DNA of 64,000 bases from Squalus acanthias (taxonomy: Eukaryota): assembly GCA_030390025.1 (NCBI GenBank), contig CM059430.1, positions 74,338,001-74,402,000 of the forward strand. The letters are read 5' to 3'. Made by a program: the position numbers and the translations under genes. Below, one piece after another: positions 1 to 12,992 of the stretch; within the stretch, counting starts at the first letter, position 1, and each line of letters opens with the position of its first letter. The notes below the pieces were generated by a model. The model was not told the DNA's origin. It was given only the letters and a program-made list of their open reading frames with translations, and did no database searches.

Positions 1-629
1 AATGGGGATGGAAAATAAAAGTAGGGAAGTCTTGCTACAACTGTAGAGGGCGTTGGGGAGACAACACCTAGAGAACTGCATGCAGTTTTGGAATCTTTAT
101 TTAAGGAGGGATATACTTGCATTGGAGTCAGTTCACGGAAGGTTCATAGGTTCATTCCTTGGATGGAGTGGTTGTCTTATGAGGAAAGATTGAGCAGGTT
201 GTGACTATACTCATTGGAGTTTAGAAGAATGAGACGTGATCGTAATGAAATATATAAGGTACTCAGGGGGCTTGAAAGGGTAGCTGCTGAGAGGATGTTG
301 TCCCTCGTGGAGGAATCTAGAACTAGGGGTCATAATATCAGAATAATGGGTCGCCCACTTAAGACGGAAAGAAGGAGGAATTTCTTCTCTGAGAGGATCG
401 TGAATCTTTGGAATTCTCTACCCCAGTGAGCTTTGGAGTTTGAGTCATTGAATAAATTCAAGGATGAGATAGACAGATTATTGAACTACAGGGGAGGCAA
501 GGGTTATGGGCAACAGGCAGAAAAGTGGTTTTGAGGCCAAGATCAGATCAACCATGATGTTATTGAATGGCGTAGAAAACCCGAAGGGCCGAATGGCCTA
601 CTCCTGCTCCTATTTCTTATGTTCTTATG
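1..629 (+). mobile_element. CR1 LINE 3' end (ORF2 C-terminus and 3' UTR), decayed
   Basis: ORF 214-429 reads ...TRGHNIRI...RRNFFSERIVNLWNSLP, the typical CR1 ORF2 C-terminus; ends in a TTCTTATG-type repeat tail. Confidence 0.9.
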
Positions 630-2439
630 TCTCTGTAATAGGGTAACAATAATACAAGATCTTATGTGAGACGATGTTCACTATGCCTTGTCAAGTCCAA
701 TAAATAGTTTCTGACTTTTCACTTCTTTAGATATTGGGAAATTTGATAAACCTATTCGGAGTAATCCCCTTTTCCGACTAAACTTCGCTAAGACTCACCC
801 TGTAACTGCATTTTCCAAAGTCCTCTTAAAATCTTTATCTGCCGTTTATTGAGAAACGATGTATTGCATAACTGTATTCCAAATAAATTGTTGTTTTTGT
901 TATATACATTTCAGTTCAGGCGTGTGTGAGCAGTCAGTTTCTTGAAAAGTAACATTTGCTGAAAGATTAAAAAACAACAGAAAACACTTCTAAAGCTTCT
1001 CGCCACACATTGTGCATAATTTCCATAAGTGGCTGACTGTTACTGACGGTCACGCTTCTGAACTATAGACAAATCAGTTTCCCTACAGCCAATGGAGCCC
1101 ATTACACACCCTTTTGAAGGTATACGGTATCATGCCCATTTCCAGGATTCAGCCTAAGCAGTGGCGATGTAAAGTGAGATTATCTTCAATACTGAGGAAT
1201 TACCTTTTCATCTTATCTCTTCGAATACTCTAAGTCTCTGGATTCTATCAGCATACACTCGGCTGGGAATAATCACTGTCTTTCGTTAGACATATAATTA
1301 AGACATTCATATCAAATTGCGATTCCATGACTGTTCAAATTATGGTACACTGACAATCTGTTGTTGTAGTCTTTCACAAATTGATTCTTTAGTCGAATAA
1401 ACGTACCATTGATTAGCTTTTAATTCCTCTCTATTTCGGGGAATTTATTCCACCCTACATTCCCAGATATTTAGGGGGATTGTTGAAGAGAACGGACGTT
1501 TTCGGGCTTACTCAGCCGTTATTATGATTTTTGTTACAAAAGGTGGTTTGCTCAATATTTTTCATTGGTTACTATTCCCGTTCCGAACTTTTCAAACGTA
1601 TTCTCTTGCCTAACTACAAAGTGTTATCTGTGTTCAGCTTCTCCTAGATATTGGCTTATTCTACCACAATTTTTTTCGATTTTCAGAAGAATGTACAACT
1701 GATTTGAAATTGCACAGTAGCAATGTCTTCAAATTGCGCGCTAGTTCTCCTGTGACAGTGGACGGCAAAAAAACAAGAGAAATCGTGTAAACGGCGCAAG
1801 TGCCATTTCGGTGGGCTCCTCACTGGGAGATCGAGGGAAACCCGCAGAAATTCGCTGCCACTGAATTTAAGGATAATAGTTTTTGATACTTCATCACTCA
1901 CGGCAAATGTTTCAAATTAACCACAGTCCAAGCACTATTTGAGGACTAAATACTGTTTATAATCTCAATGAACTGTGCTTTTTAATTATGAATTTATATT
2001 CCGCCGGTGTCTATCGCTTTCCCGCCCTAACTTCCCACCATTTACATCGCTGTTTCCTGGTCTGTTCGCCTGGACTTCTACTCAAATGAAAGGCAGGAAA
2101 CAGGAGAATCCTTTCGGAATTGTCATGCTAAGAAGCTTTTGAAAATCTGATTCTAGTAAAACAGATCCACACTTTGATGGGGCACCAAGATAATTCCCAG
2201 AGAAACGGTACAAATGATCGTATTCTTAATTTCTGAGATTTTATAGCATTTTCACCTGATTCTTCTCTGCCCGAACATACCGCGGGAGACAGGTGGTAGG
2301 CGTGTGGAAAGTTGGTACCAATGTTAGCCCTGAAGTGTATTGTAAATTGGTATGGAATGCATGCATTGGAAAAAGTTCGAAGCCGAATAATTGAAAATAA
2401 AGGGTAAGCTACAAGCTGAAATTTAATAGAGAAATTCGG

Positions 2440-3130
2440 ATGTTATAAATGGTGCTCAGCGAATTCGTGAGAATGATGTGTGACAGGACGACTTGAGAAG
2501 GCTGTTAAAATCATGCGAGATCCTGGGCTTTATACATCGAGGCATAGATTACAAAAGCATGGAAGTTATGCTAATAATTTTTAAATCGCTTCTTAGGCCT
2601 CAGCTGGAGTGTTGTTTACAATTATGAGCACCACTCTTTAGGAACGATGCCAAGGTATTGGAGAAGGTGCATAGAGTGACACCATAGATGAGGGACTTCA
2701 GTTATGTGTAGAGATTAAAGAAGCTGTTATTGCTCTCCTTAGAGCAAAGAAGACTAAGGGAAGATTTAATAGAGGTGTTCATAGTTATGAAAGGTGTTGA
2801 TAGAGTAAATAATTCAAAACAACTTCCAGTGACAGAGGGGTCGATAACAAAACGGCACAGATAGACGATAATTGGCAAAAGAACCAGAGAGGTATGATGA
2901 GAATTATTTTAGGCACTATGTTTTTATCATCTGGAATGCATTGCATGAAAGGGCGGTGGAAGCAGATTAAATAGAAACTTTCCAAAGGAATTAGATAAAT
3001 ACTTGAAAAGGAAATACGTGCAGGGCTGGGGAGAAAGTGCAGATGAGTGGGACTAAATTGATAGCACTTTCAAAGTGCCGGCAAATGATCGATGTGCATA
3101 ATGGCCTCATTTTGTGCTGTATGATTATAT
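2440..3130 (+). mobile_element. CR1 LINE 3' fragment, decayed
   Basis: Degenerate RPQLE...W and FSLEQRRLRGDLIEV coding motifs followed by a CR1-type 3' UTR. Confidence 0.8.
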
Positions 3131-3378
3131 AGTTACAAGGCATGTCCCATTGAGGAAATGAGGACTAAATGATAGGCGATTTTAACTGCCGTGTTAATCC
3201 AGCATTACACTGCGGCCCTGATATCACTTCCTGGATTATATCATTGTTTCAGGCTTTTTATCTTTATGTGTTTATTAAGTTGTAATCTCTCAAATTGAAT
3301 AGCAAATGTCGCATCTTCCTTCCATGTCATAAATTGACAAATGTTGCTAAAGATTGTAATGTAATCTTAAATAATCGC

Positions 3379-3497
3379 TTACCTGTCAAAGTTATCAGAC
3401 ATAATGTGGTTGAAGATGATCATCAGTAGTAGAATAATTACCAAGATCACCACTGTGGATCGATAAACCAGGTGGATGGGGAGCACAGAGTGATAAT
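3379..3497 (-). CDS. Gene A putative transmembrane/terminal exon: DYHSVLPIHLVYRSTVVILVIILLLMIIFNHIMSDNFDR*
   Basis: Acceptor tttctccag, phase 1 matching the C1 exon donor. Hydrophobic stretch with S4, L10, R13, T15 at the same positions as the gene B TM exon. The stop TAA overlaps a possible donor (AG|gtaagc at 3383), so further exons cannot be excluded. Linking it to gene A across an 8.3 kb intron is inferred. Confidence 0.65.
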
Positions 3498-3899
3498 CTG
3501 GAGAAAGTATAAGATAATCAATCGTTCACAGCTCACAACCAGAAATCAATCTAACCTGATGATATATTTTCTTCTGCACCCGCAAAGAAAAATTATGCAC
3601 TTGGTGGTTTATATATTTATCTTTCTGTTTTTTTTTATAACAGAAGGTCGCATTTATTTCCAACACCAGATTTCTGATTTTTCACATTGAAGGATAAGAC
3701 CTGATTTCTGTTTGGTCTCCTTAGAAGACGAGACAAACCCAGCAGCTTTCTTGGAATGTGTAATTAGATTCTGACTGCCTAAGTAATCAAGTACTTGGCA
3801 AAGTTTAATTCGATCAATTCTGGCAGCCAGGCCCCAGACAGTGCAGAGCTCACATAGAACAGACAGGGCTAACTCTCGTGGGTTAAGACCTTATCCTAG

Positions 3900-4450
3900 C
3901 CCCCAACAAGTTCCAAACCTTCCTCTCAAACCCTGAGTTTCTGACTTGTTACCTCACAGCAAGTTCCTGACATCCGTCCCAATATCCAGACCTTGCCCCC
4001 TGCCCAAGTTACTGACCTTCCCACGGCCAAGTTTCTGAGCTCCCGTCCCCGCCAAAGTTCCTGACCATCCAGCCCGAGTTCCTGACCTTCTCTCCCTGCC
4101 CAACTCCCTGAAATCCCCCCCCGATTTCCTAACCTTCTCCCCTGCCCATGTTTCTGAACTCCCCCCGAAGTTGCTGACCTTCTCCCAGTGCCCAAGTTCT
4201 TGACCTCCCCGCCAAGTTTCTGACGTCACCCTGCCCCCGTTCCTGACCTTCTCTCCCCTTCCCCTGTGTTCCTGATCGTCACCCCTGCCCAAGTTCCTGA
4301 CATTCATCACTCTGCTCCTGGTTCCTGACCTTCTCACCCTCCCCAAATTCCGCCCCCCAGGGTTCCTGCAATTCTCCACTGACATCGTTCGTCCAGCCCC
4401 AGGTTTCCTGAATTTCTCCCCTCAACATGTTCCTGACATCCCTCCGCCCC
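3900..4450. repeat. Degenerate minisatellite with core (C)AAGTTCCTGACCTT plus C-rich spacers
   Basis: The core GTTCCTGAC and variants recur roughly every 19-40 bp. Confidence 0.8.
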
Positions 4451-4718
4451 CCACATATATGGAGCATTGTGTATGGATCACGGACGGTTAACAGGTTTTT
4501 TGGGTATGAAGTGAATAGTGACAGTGTCATGATTTCCAGATTCCGTCCAATCCAATGATGTCACTTGACACACACACACCGAGCTTTCCAAGAAATCAAG
4601 CAGATTATGTGGAGGAGAGGGAGACAATGCTGTGGGTGTAAAAGGGGTGGAATGGGGTTGAAAGAAGGTGATCCGTCTTAATATCTGGTCACGTTCTCGC
4701 TGTCAGCCCCCGCCTTTT

Positions 4719-5130
4719 AAGAACATAAGAACATAAGAAATAGGCGCAGGAGTAGACCAATCGGCCCCTCGAGCCTGCTCCGCCATTCAATGAGATCATG
4801 GCTGATCTGATCCAACCTCAACTCTAAAGAACAAAAGAAGTAGGAGCAGGACCAGACCACTCATCCCTGGGCCCGCTCCGCCACCCACAGGGCCTTGACC
4901 GATCCGAACTCAAAATCATGTCCAATTTCCAGCCCGCTCCCCGTAACCCCTGATTCCCTTTACTTCTAAGAAACGGTCTATTTCTGTTTTAAATTTATTT
5001 AATGAAGTAGCTTCCACAGCTTCCTGGGGTAGCAAATTCCACAGACCCACTACCCTCTGAGTGAAAAAGTTTCTCCTCATCTCAGTTTTGAAAGAGGAGC
5101 CCCTTATCCTAAGATTATGTCCCCTACTTC
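4719..5130 (-). mobile_element. CR1 LINE 3' end
   Basis: AAGAACATAAGAACATAAG is the reverse complement of the CR1 tail, followed by reverse 3' UTR and the end of ORF2. Confidence 0.8.
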
Positions 5131-5139
5131 TAGACCTGG

Positions 5140-6530
5140 ATCACTGTGCCTTCTCTATTCTTTACCAACCGCCCACCCCACCGAGTTCTTGAACTTCTCT
5201 CCCCCGAATTCCTGACCTCCTCTCCCCTCCCCTCCGTTCCTTTCCCTTCCCCCTTCGATCCTCTCTCTCCCTTCGATGCTCTCTCCCCCTTCTTTCTCTC
5301 TCCCCCTCCTCCCTCTCTCCCTCGTTCCTCTCTCTCTCCCCCCCCTTTCTAGCTTCTCCTCCTCTCTCTATCTCTCTAACTCCACTCATCTCTCTTTCCC
5401 CATCTCTCTCCCGCTCCTCTCTCACTCTTCTCTCTCTCTCCCTTCCTCCTATCTCGCCCCTCTTCTCTTTCTTCATTCTCACCTCACATCTCTTGCTCTT
5501 CTCTCTCTCCCTCCTCTCTCTCCTCATCTCCCTCCCCCTCATCTCTTCCCTTCTCTCTCTCTCCCTTTCTCTCTCCCCTCCTCTCTTCCCTCCTCTCTCT
5601 CTACCCCCCTCTCTAAACCCTCCTCTCTCTCTCCCACCTCTCATATATCTCCCCTCCTTTCTCTCACTCTCGCCCCCTCCTCTGCTTCTCCCTCCTCTCT
5701 CTCCCTCCTCTCTCTCTCCCTCCTTTCTCACTCCCCTCCTCTCTCGCACTCTTCTCTCTCTCTTCCTCTTCTCTCTATTCCAAACTCCTCACTCCCCTTC
5801 TCTCTCCCTCTCTTTCTCTCTCCGCTCCTATCTCCGCCTCCCCTGTCCCTCTCTGCCCCTCCACTCTCTCCCATCCTCTCTCTACCTCCCCATCACTCTC
5901 CTCCCCTCTTCTCTCTCTCCTATCTCTCTCCCTCCTCTCTCGCTCCCCCTCCTCTCGCGCCCTCCTCTCTTTCGTCCTCTTCTCTCTCTCCCCTCTCTCT
6001 CTCTCTCCCTCTCTCTCTCTCACCTCCTCTCTCCCCCTCCTCTCTCTCGCCCCTTCTCCCTCTCCCCTCCTGACTCTCTCCAACCACCACATATCCATCC
6101 CCTCCTTTCTCTCTCGCTCTCGCCCCTTCCTCTTCCACTCCCTCCTCTATCTACCTCCTCTCTGTCTCCCTCCTTTCACACTCCCCTCCTCTCTCGCCCT
6201 CTTCTCTCTCGCTTCCTCATCGGTCTACCCCCCTCCTCTTTCCCCTTCTCTCTCTCTCCCTCTCTTTCTCTCTCCCCTCCTCTCTCCCTCTCCTCTCTCT
6301 CTCTCTCTCTGCCCCTCCACTCTCTCTACCTCGTCTCTCTCTCCTTCTCTGTCACGCCTCGCTCGCTTCCCCTCCTCTCTCGCCCTGCTCTCTCACTTCC
6401 TCTTCTTTCTCTCACCCCTCTCCACTCACCCCTTTTCTCTCCCCCCACCTTGCGATTATCATTCTCTCTTCACTTTCCATCCTCTCTTATCCTCCCCCCG
6501 CCGCGCCCCACACTCGCCTCCCCCCCGGCC
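5140..6530. repeat. About 1.4 kb polypyrimidine (CT-rich) low-complexity tract
   Basis: Almost exclusively C/T on the plus strand; overlapping ORFs are low-complexity artefacts. Confidence 0.95.
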
Positions 6531-6860
6531 ACCACTGAATCCAGTGACTTTCTCCTTATGAAGCCGAGGAAAGCGTGGCCCACCGTTCACGACGCCAAAT
6601 GTGGGTAATGCGCACGCGCGGCGTCGCTAAACAGCGTGACTGCGCAGAAGGGGATCGGGTGCGCATGCGCGGCTCAGGGATTACGCGCACATTCGCCCAA
6701 GGCCGCAAAGATGTTCGTACAGATAATCACAGCAAAAACAGAACAGCTCAGTATATCTTTTTAAGTGAAAGCTCATCGGTAAAGGAGTGACTTTCTCCGT
6801 TGTTTTTAGCGGTACTATGAATAGATTTTGAAAAACATAATGACAACCTTGATAGACCTT

Positions 6861-7463
6861 GGCCAGAAATTCGGGTCGGAATCTTCCCGCGGTTGCAAGC
6901 CCCCGACCTGCACTTACCTAGCGAGGCTGCCATTGTGCTGTGGGCCCCCGTGGGATTCCAATCCTGGGCCTCCTCCAGCTGATGGTGTGCAGTGCTTGCA
7001 AATCCCAGGAGCGCAGTCAGTTCGAAGCGTCCCCTGGGATCACGAGAGCCATGGAGAGCCAATCGGAGCAGGGTATCACCATTCATAGATTCGACAGCAA
7101 GACCTGTAAAATCTATGAATAGAGATTGGGCCCAAAACCAAACTAAAACTTCAAATAATTGTTTTTTAAAACAACATTTTTTAAATAACTAAAAATTATA
7201 TAAATTAATAATTTTAAACAAAAATGTAAATTTTTCAACGCGCAGCTGCTAGGGATTTACCCTCACGGAGAAACCTGTAAAAAAGTTCCCGGCCTTCGCG
7301 CTGCCTCTCCGGCGCACGCGTTTGACCTCCGAACCCTTCCTTCAAGGGAAAGGAAGTTCCGGTTTCCAGCGCATGCGCATTGCATGCGCCAAACCGGCAC
7401 TTTCCTTGGTCTACGGGTGAGTACACAGCGCGTACTCACCCGTAGAGACCCGAATTTCTGTCC
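6861..7463 (+). mobile_element. Non-autonomous Harbinger-like MITE (recurrent family)
   Basis: Imperfect TIRs GGCCAGAAATTCGGGTC / GACCCGAATTTCTGTCCC; GC-rich arms, AT-rich core, GCGCATGCGC motif; similar to copies at 16932, 30498, 32325, 42810 and 62548. Confidence 0.75.
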
Positions 7464-8074
7464 CCAGGAGCACACGAAATATTTCCAAGCGCATTTACAG
7501 AGTGACCAGAGAATATCGCAGCTAATTAGTGGAATATGTTCGACAAATATAGACAGAAACCGTGCTCGACCTGACACGATAATTTTCCTGGTTCCAAAAG
7601 CGAAAACTTTTGAAATGTCTTCGCATCGTTGTGGCTGACTAACCTTCAAGCTGCCTATGAAGCAATATTTTGGCGTTACTCTTTCTCAGATCGGACGCCA
7701 CTATAATCTTCTGCTTAAAAAGCAATAGTACTAATTAAGAGCACATTTTTCAGGCCCCAGATGTGCTTTATGATGTATTTAGGAAGTCACCCAGGTTATT
7801 TGTGATTATTACAAATGGGATTTATCAGAACTCCCGACCTAACGGCGTAAAAAGTGTATAGCTGTACATGCCGTTGCCCAATACGCTGCGCCGAAATGTC
7901 AGTCGATAGTTCGTAGCGACAGTATATTCACTCCTTTACTTTAAGCAGAGTTAAAATCAGGATTTGTGATTGAAGGAGAGTATAGTCGTTAATTTTGGCG
8001 GGTTAATGTCATATTCCACGTCAGCTGGATTCGAAGATAGTTTATTGCGAACACAAATACATTGTGAGGTGTGA

Positions 8075-8400
8075 TCATAGAATCATAGATATTTACGATA
8101 CAGAAGGTGTTAGTGCTGGCGGAAAGCGAGCTATCCGGCTTAGTCCCACTTTCTACCTGTTGGTCCTCAACCCTGTAGGTTACGGCACTACAAGTGCATA
8201 TCCAAAAACCTTTTAAATGCGATGAGGGTTTCTGTCTCTACCACTCTTTCAGGCAGTGAATTCCGGACCAACACCACACTATGGGTGAAAAATGCTCTCC
8301 TCAACTACCCTCTTATCATTCTACCAATTACTATAAATCTATGCACCCGGGTTATTGCTAATGGAAATATGTCCTTCCAATACACTCTATCTAGGCCGCC
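8075..8400 (-). mobile_element. CR1 LINE 3' end fragment
   Basis: Reverse CR1 tail (CATAGAATCATAG) followed by the reverse of the ORF2 end. Confidence 0.7.
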
Positions 8401-8924
8401 ACTATTGTAGGTGATATAATATTGCATTTGTTGATAACAGATCAGCTCAGACTAACTGGAATTGAGAGAGGATCACGAGAAATTTGAAAGTAATGAACTG
8501 TCCCGATCTTTACAGCAGTTGGGAACTTCACACTTGGTATCGGTAACAATGAATCATTTCCACTCCCTTCCTCCTTTTGGTGATGGTCTTAAAGTTATGC
8601 CCTCTGGTATCTGATTCGCTGATCAAAAAAATCGATTTTTTAAATTTAGCTGTTAATGCTCCTTTAAAATCTTGACATCCCAATTCTATCTCATCTTACT
8701 TATCTCTAGTCAAGGATATATAGGCCCTCTTGTTCTGTTTGTTTCCCTTTATAACTGAAATATCATAGCCTTGATACGACCGTAACAACAAAATTTTGTA
8801 TTGGACTATGTTCTTGACATTCTTTACAAAGTAACTTGCACAAATATGCAAAATGCAGTCTAACCAACGATATGCAGGAGAGCTTTTTGAGCCAGCATGC
8901 AGAGAGTTCTGCAAGAGGTGGGCG

Positions 8925-11260
8925 GTACTGGATATAATTCTAGGGAAAGCAGCCGGGCAAGAGGTAGAAGTGTTAGTAGGAGAGCATTTTGGTGACAGTG
9001 ACCATAATTCGGTGAGATTTAAGGTAGTCATGGAAAAGGACAAAGTTTGACCGGAGATAAAGGTTATAAATTGGGGGAAGGCCGATCTTAATATGATAAG
9101 GCTGGATCTGACCAAAGTGGACTGGGATCAGCTACTTGTAGGAAAATCCACATCAGATCAGTGGGAGTCTTTCTGAAAGGAAATAGAGAGAGTACAACGG
9201 CAACATATTCCCGTAAAGGTCAAGGGTGTGTCCAACAAGCCCAGGGAACCCTGGATGTCAAGGGATATACGAGAATGGATTAGGAAAAAAAGGGAGGCTT
9301 TTGGCAGATACAAAGGACTAAAAACAATGGAAGCCCTAGATGAGTATAGAAAGTGCAGGGGGGTACGTAAAAAAGAAATTAGAAGAGCGAAGAGGGGACA
9401 TGAAATAACACTGACGGGCAAATTAAAGGCACATTCCAAGATGTTTTATAAGTACATTAAGGGCAAGAGAATAACCAGGGAAAGAGTAGGGCCCATTCGG
9501 TAGGAAAGTAGCAATCTGTGTGTAGAGCCAGAAGATGTAGGTGGGGTTTTAAATTAATATTTTGCATCTGTGTTCAATATGGAGAAGGACGATGTCGGCA
9601 TATAAATCAGGCTGGGGGATTGTGATATACTTGAACGAATTAGTATTATAGGGAGGAGGTAGTAGCAGTTTTAGCAGGCTTAAAATGGATATATCCCCAG
9701 GCCCAGACGAGATGTATCCCAGGCTGATGTGTGAGGCAAGGGAGGAGATTGCAGGGGCTCTGACACAAATTTTCAGAACCTTTCTGGCCACAGGGGATGT
9801 GCCAGAGGACTGGAGAACAGCAAACGTTTACCATTATTCAAGAAGGGTAGTAGGGATAAAGCAGGGAATTACAGGCCAGTGAGCCTAACATCAGTGGTAG
9901 GGAAATTATTGGAAATAATTCTGAGGGACATAATTAGTCTCCACTTGGAGAGGCAAGGATAAATCAAGGACAGTCAGCAAGGCTTTATCAAGGGGAGATC
10001 ATGTCTGACCAATTTGATTGAATTTTTTGAGGGGTTTTCTAGGTGTGTGGATGAGGTTAGTGCAGTTGATGTGGTCTGCATGGACTTCAGTAAGGCTTTT
10101 GACAATGTCCCGCATGGGAGACTGGTGAAGAAGATAAAAGCCAATGGGATCCAGGGCAACTTGGCACATTGGATCCAAAATTGGCTTATTGGCAGGAGGC
10201 AGAGGGTGATGGTCGAAGGTTGTTTTTGTGACTGGAAGCCTTTGTCCAGAGGTGTACCGTAGGAATCGGTGCTGTGTCCTTTGCTGTTTCTAGTTTACAG
10301 TAACGATTTAGATATGAAAGTAGGAGGTATGATCAGTAAGTTTGCAGATGACACGAAGATTGGTTGGGTGGTAAATGGCGAGGAGGGAAGCCTCAGGCTA
10401 CAGGACGGTATAGACGGGTTGGTCAGATGGGCAGAACAGTGGTAAATGGAATTTAAAGCTGAAAAGTGTGAGGTAATGCATTTTGGGAGGACTAACAAGG
10501 CAAGGGAATACATAATGAATGGTAGGACCCTTGGAAGGACAGAGTATCAGAGGGACCTTGGCGTGCATGTACATAGATCCCTGAAGGCAGCAGGACAGGT
10601 AGATAAGGTGGTTAAAAAGGCATATGGGATACTTGCCTTCATTTGCCAAGGCATAGAATATAAGTGCAGGGAGTTTATGATGGAGCTGAACAAAACGTTA
10701 GTTAGGCCACAGCTGGAATACTGTGTACAGTTCTGGTCGCCACACTATAGAACGGATGTGATTGCATTGGAGAGGGTGCAGAGGAGATTCAAGAGAATGT
10801 TACCTGGGCTTGAGCGCTTCAGCTATGACGAGAGACTGGACAGGCTGGGGTTGTTTTCCTTAGAGCAGAGAAGGTTGAGCGGGGACCTGATTGAGGTGTA
10901 CAAAATTATGAGGGGCATAGATAGGTTTGATAGAAAGGAACTTCTCCCCTTAGTAGAGGGGTCAATAAACTGGGGGCATAGTTTCAAGGTAAGGGGGAGG
11001 AGGTTTAGAGGGGATCTGAGGAAAAACTTTTCACCCAGAGAGTGGTTAGAATCTGGAACTCACTGCCTGAAAGGGTGGTAGAGGCAAGAACCCTCACAAC
11101 ATTCAAGAAGCATTTAGATGAGCACTTGAAACGCCATAGCATACAGGGCTACGGACCAAGTGCTGGAAAATGGGATTAAAATAGACAGGGTGTGATGGCC
11201 AGCGCGGACACGATGGGCCGAAGGGCCTCTTTCTGTGCTGTATAATTCTATGACTCTATG
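8925..11260 (+). mobile_element. 5'-truncated CR1 LINE (end of APE domain, RT, 3' UTR), with stops and frameshifts
   Basis: SDHNS, SPGPD, DFSKAFD, FADD and RPQLEYCVQFWSP motifs in the ORF fragments; ends in a TATGACTCTATG tail. Confidence 0.95.
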
Positions 11261-11847
11261 CATAGGTTCATCATTACCTCAGTGATTTGAACCCCCATTT
11301 CTAAAACCAAGAACCCCATTCAGTTTTTCTCCAGCTTTACTGTCCCGAAACAGTTAAAAAAATTGTGTACCCGAACAGTAAATCGATTTTCTCTTTAATT
11401 AATTTGAAGAATTTTCCATTTATGCTGTATCAGCTGTGTTTCCAGCTCACACAAGTTATTTCCTGTTAATACTTTGCATGCAATGTCATCCGAGATGATT
11501 CTGCCAAATCTGCTTTGTTGTCACTATCCTCTTGAAGTTTGCTCAGTCTTCTTCACAGTTAGCTGCGCGCTCTGTTTTTAGCAATATACACATTTTGATA
11601 TTGTGCCTGAGTTTATACTACCATTATCAATGTTCCCTTAATTTAATCCTTGATAGTTGAATCCTTCCCGTCACATTTCTCCTGCTGTATTATTGCTGCA
11701 AACATTTCTGAAGTGCTTGAGTGTTTCGAAAATGACTTAATAAAGTAAACAACTTACATTTTCTAAAATTTGTCCAATGTCTTGAATAGCAACACGATTT
11801 CTACGGGAATAAACAACATAAAAGTACTTCGTGTGAGATGATATTAC

Positions 11848-12153
11848 CTTGGTTGCAAACAGTGTAGCTGACATTTGATGGAATCGAGTTCGAAACGTGA
11901 TATACTTGGCAGCTGTAAACTGTGCCGTGGTCAATCGGTTGTGCCTCTTCTAAGGAGCTGACAACTTCAAACAGTCTATCTTTCTTTGCCATTTGCTCTG
12001 TTCTAAATCCAGTTACAATTTCGGCACCATTTTTATGCCAGGTGAGTTTAAATTCCTTCGAGTAAAAAGCAGCCGTTCTGCACTGAAGTCTGAGAGAAAC
12101 AGATGAAGCCCCTATGAATGGTAAGGAGACAATCTTCAGCGGTGCAGGGGCAG
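11848..12153 (-). CDS. Gene A exon 3: C1-set Ig domain (SIRP/antigen-receptor-constant-like)
   Basis: Acceptor ttttcatttag, donor G|gtaata, 306 nt, phase 1-1. Motifs LQCRTAAFYS, LTWHKNG, FEVVSSL, YSCQVYH match C1-set CxxxxFYP / W / YxCxVxH. Confidence 0.9.
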
Positions 12154-12349
12154 CTAAATGAAAACGATCAAAAAGAGATAAATCAATACCTGAACAATAT
12201 TTACTATTTTTGCTGAGCACAGTACTCGTGTCGGGGCTTCGTAGTTGGACTCAAAATCTTTATTTATCCTGAATGCAGACCAATCTAAATTTTTCTCACT
12301 GTATCCAGCTGTAGTATTTTCAAAGTTCCCTCCACTGCAGTATTGGCCT

Positions 12350-12600
12350 ATCAATTTTATATTTAATACAATTGATATCCAATATGGGGCATCATATGCT
12401 GCGCTTGAATTGTTTCAATAGTACAGGGCGCGTTATCTTGTTTCAGGCAGAACATTTTCTTCTTCTGGACAGAAAGAATAGATTTCGAACCTCTGTTTAT
12501 ATGGCGGGACTTGCGTTATCCTGTTTGTCTTGCAAGTTCCAGCAAACCGGGATTGAGGAATTCTATCTTGTTTGCACAAATTGGAAGCGCGGCATCTAAC
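12350..12600 (-). pseudogene. Highly degenerate V-like pseudo-exon in intron 2 of gene A
   Basis: Homologous to 59330-59590, where remnants such as VRTRL and LDCTL..AQPGDS are readable in shifting frames; stops and frameshifts present. Confidence 0.4.
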
Positions 12601-12992
12601 TGGTAGGAATGGGAGTGCTTCTATCCTCCTCTTTCAAATTAAGGCATTGAGCATTTAAAAATGTATTACATTTCAAATAACCACAAGACTTGTTCATCCA
12701 GACCTTTAGTGTTAAAATTGGAAAGAATCATTTTATTACCCAGCCTTGAATTCACATCCCCAAATAAACATAACATTTCATCACAATTGAAAATAAAGGT
12801 CAGTTGTCACATTTCTCAAAGACTATGGAATTGAAAATGTTCATTACTTTTAAACATGTGTCGTTATAAACAAGTAGAATGCTGTTCTGTTTTATAGCCA
12901 GGGCATTTCCTCGTTGGAATTAATTGTTTAACGCCTTATGACTATCGACACCAACTAAACACTTCACGATTCCAATTCCACTGACAGTTATA

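Noticed and set aside
3900-4450. Repeat-spacer look resembling a CRISPR array or Ig switch region
   Set aside because: Eukaryotic context, variable repeats and non-unique spacers; not AGCT-rich and no Ig constant locus nearby.
5146-6608. Long ORFs (up to 371 aa) rich in L/S/P or R/E/G
   Set aside because: Artefacts of the CT tract, which lacks stop codons.
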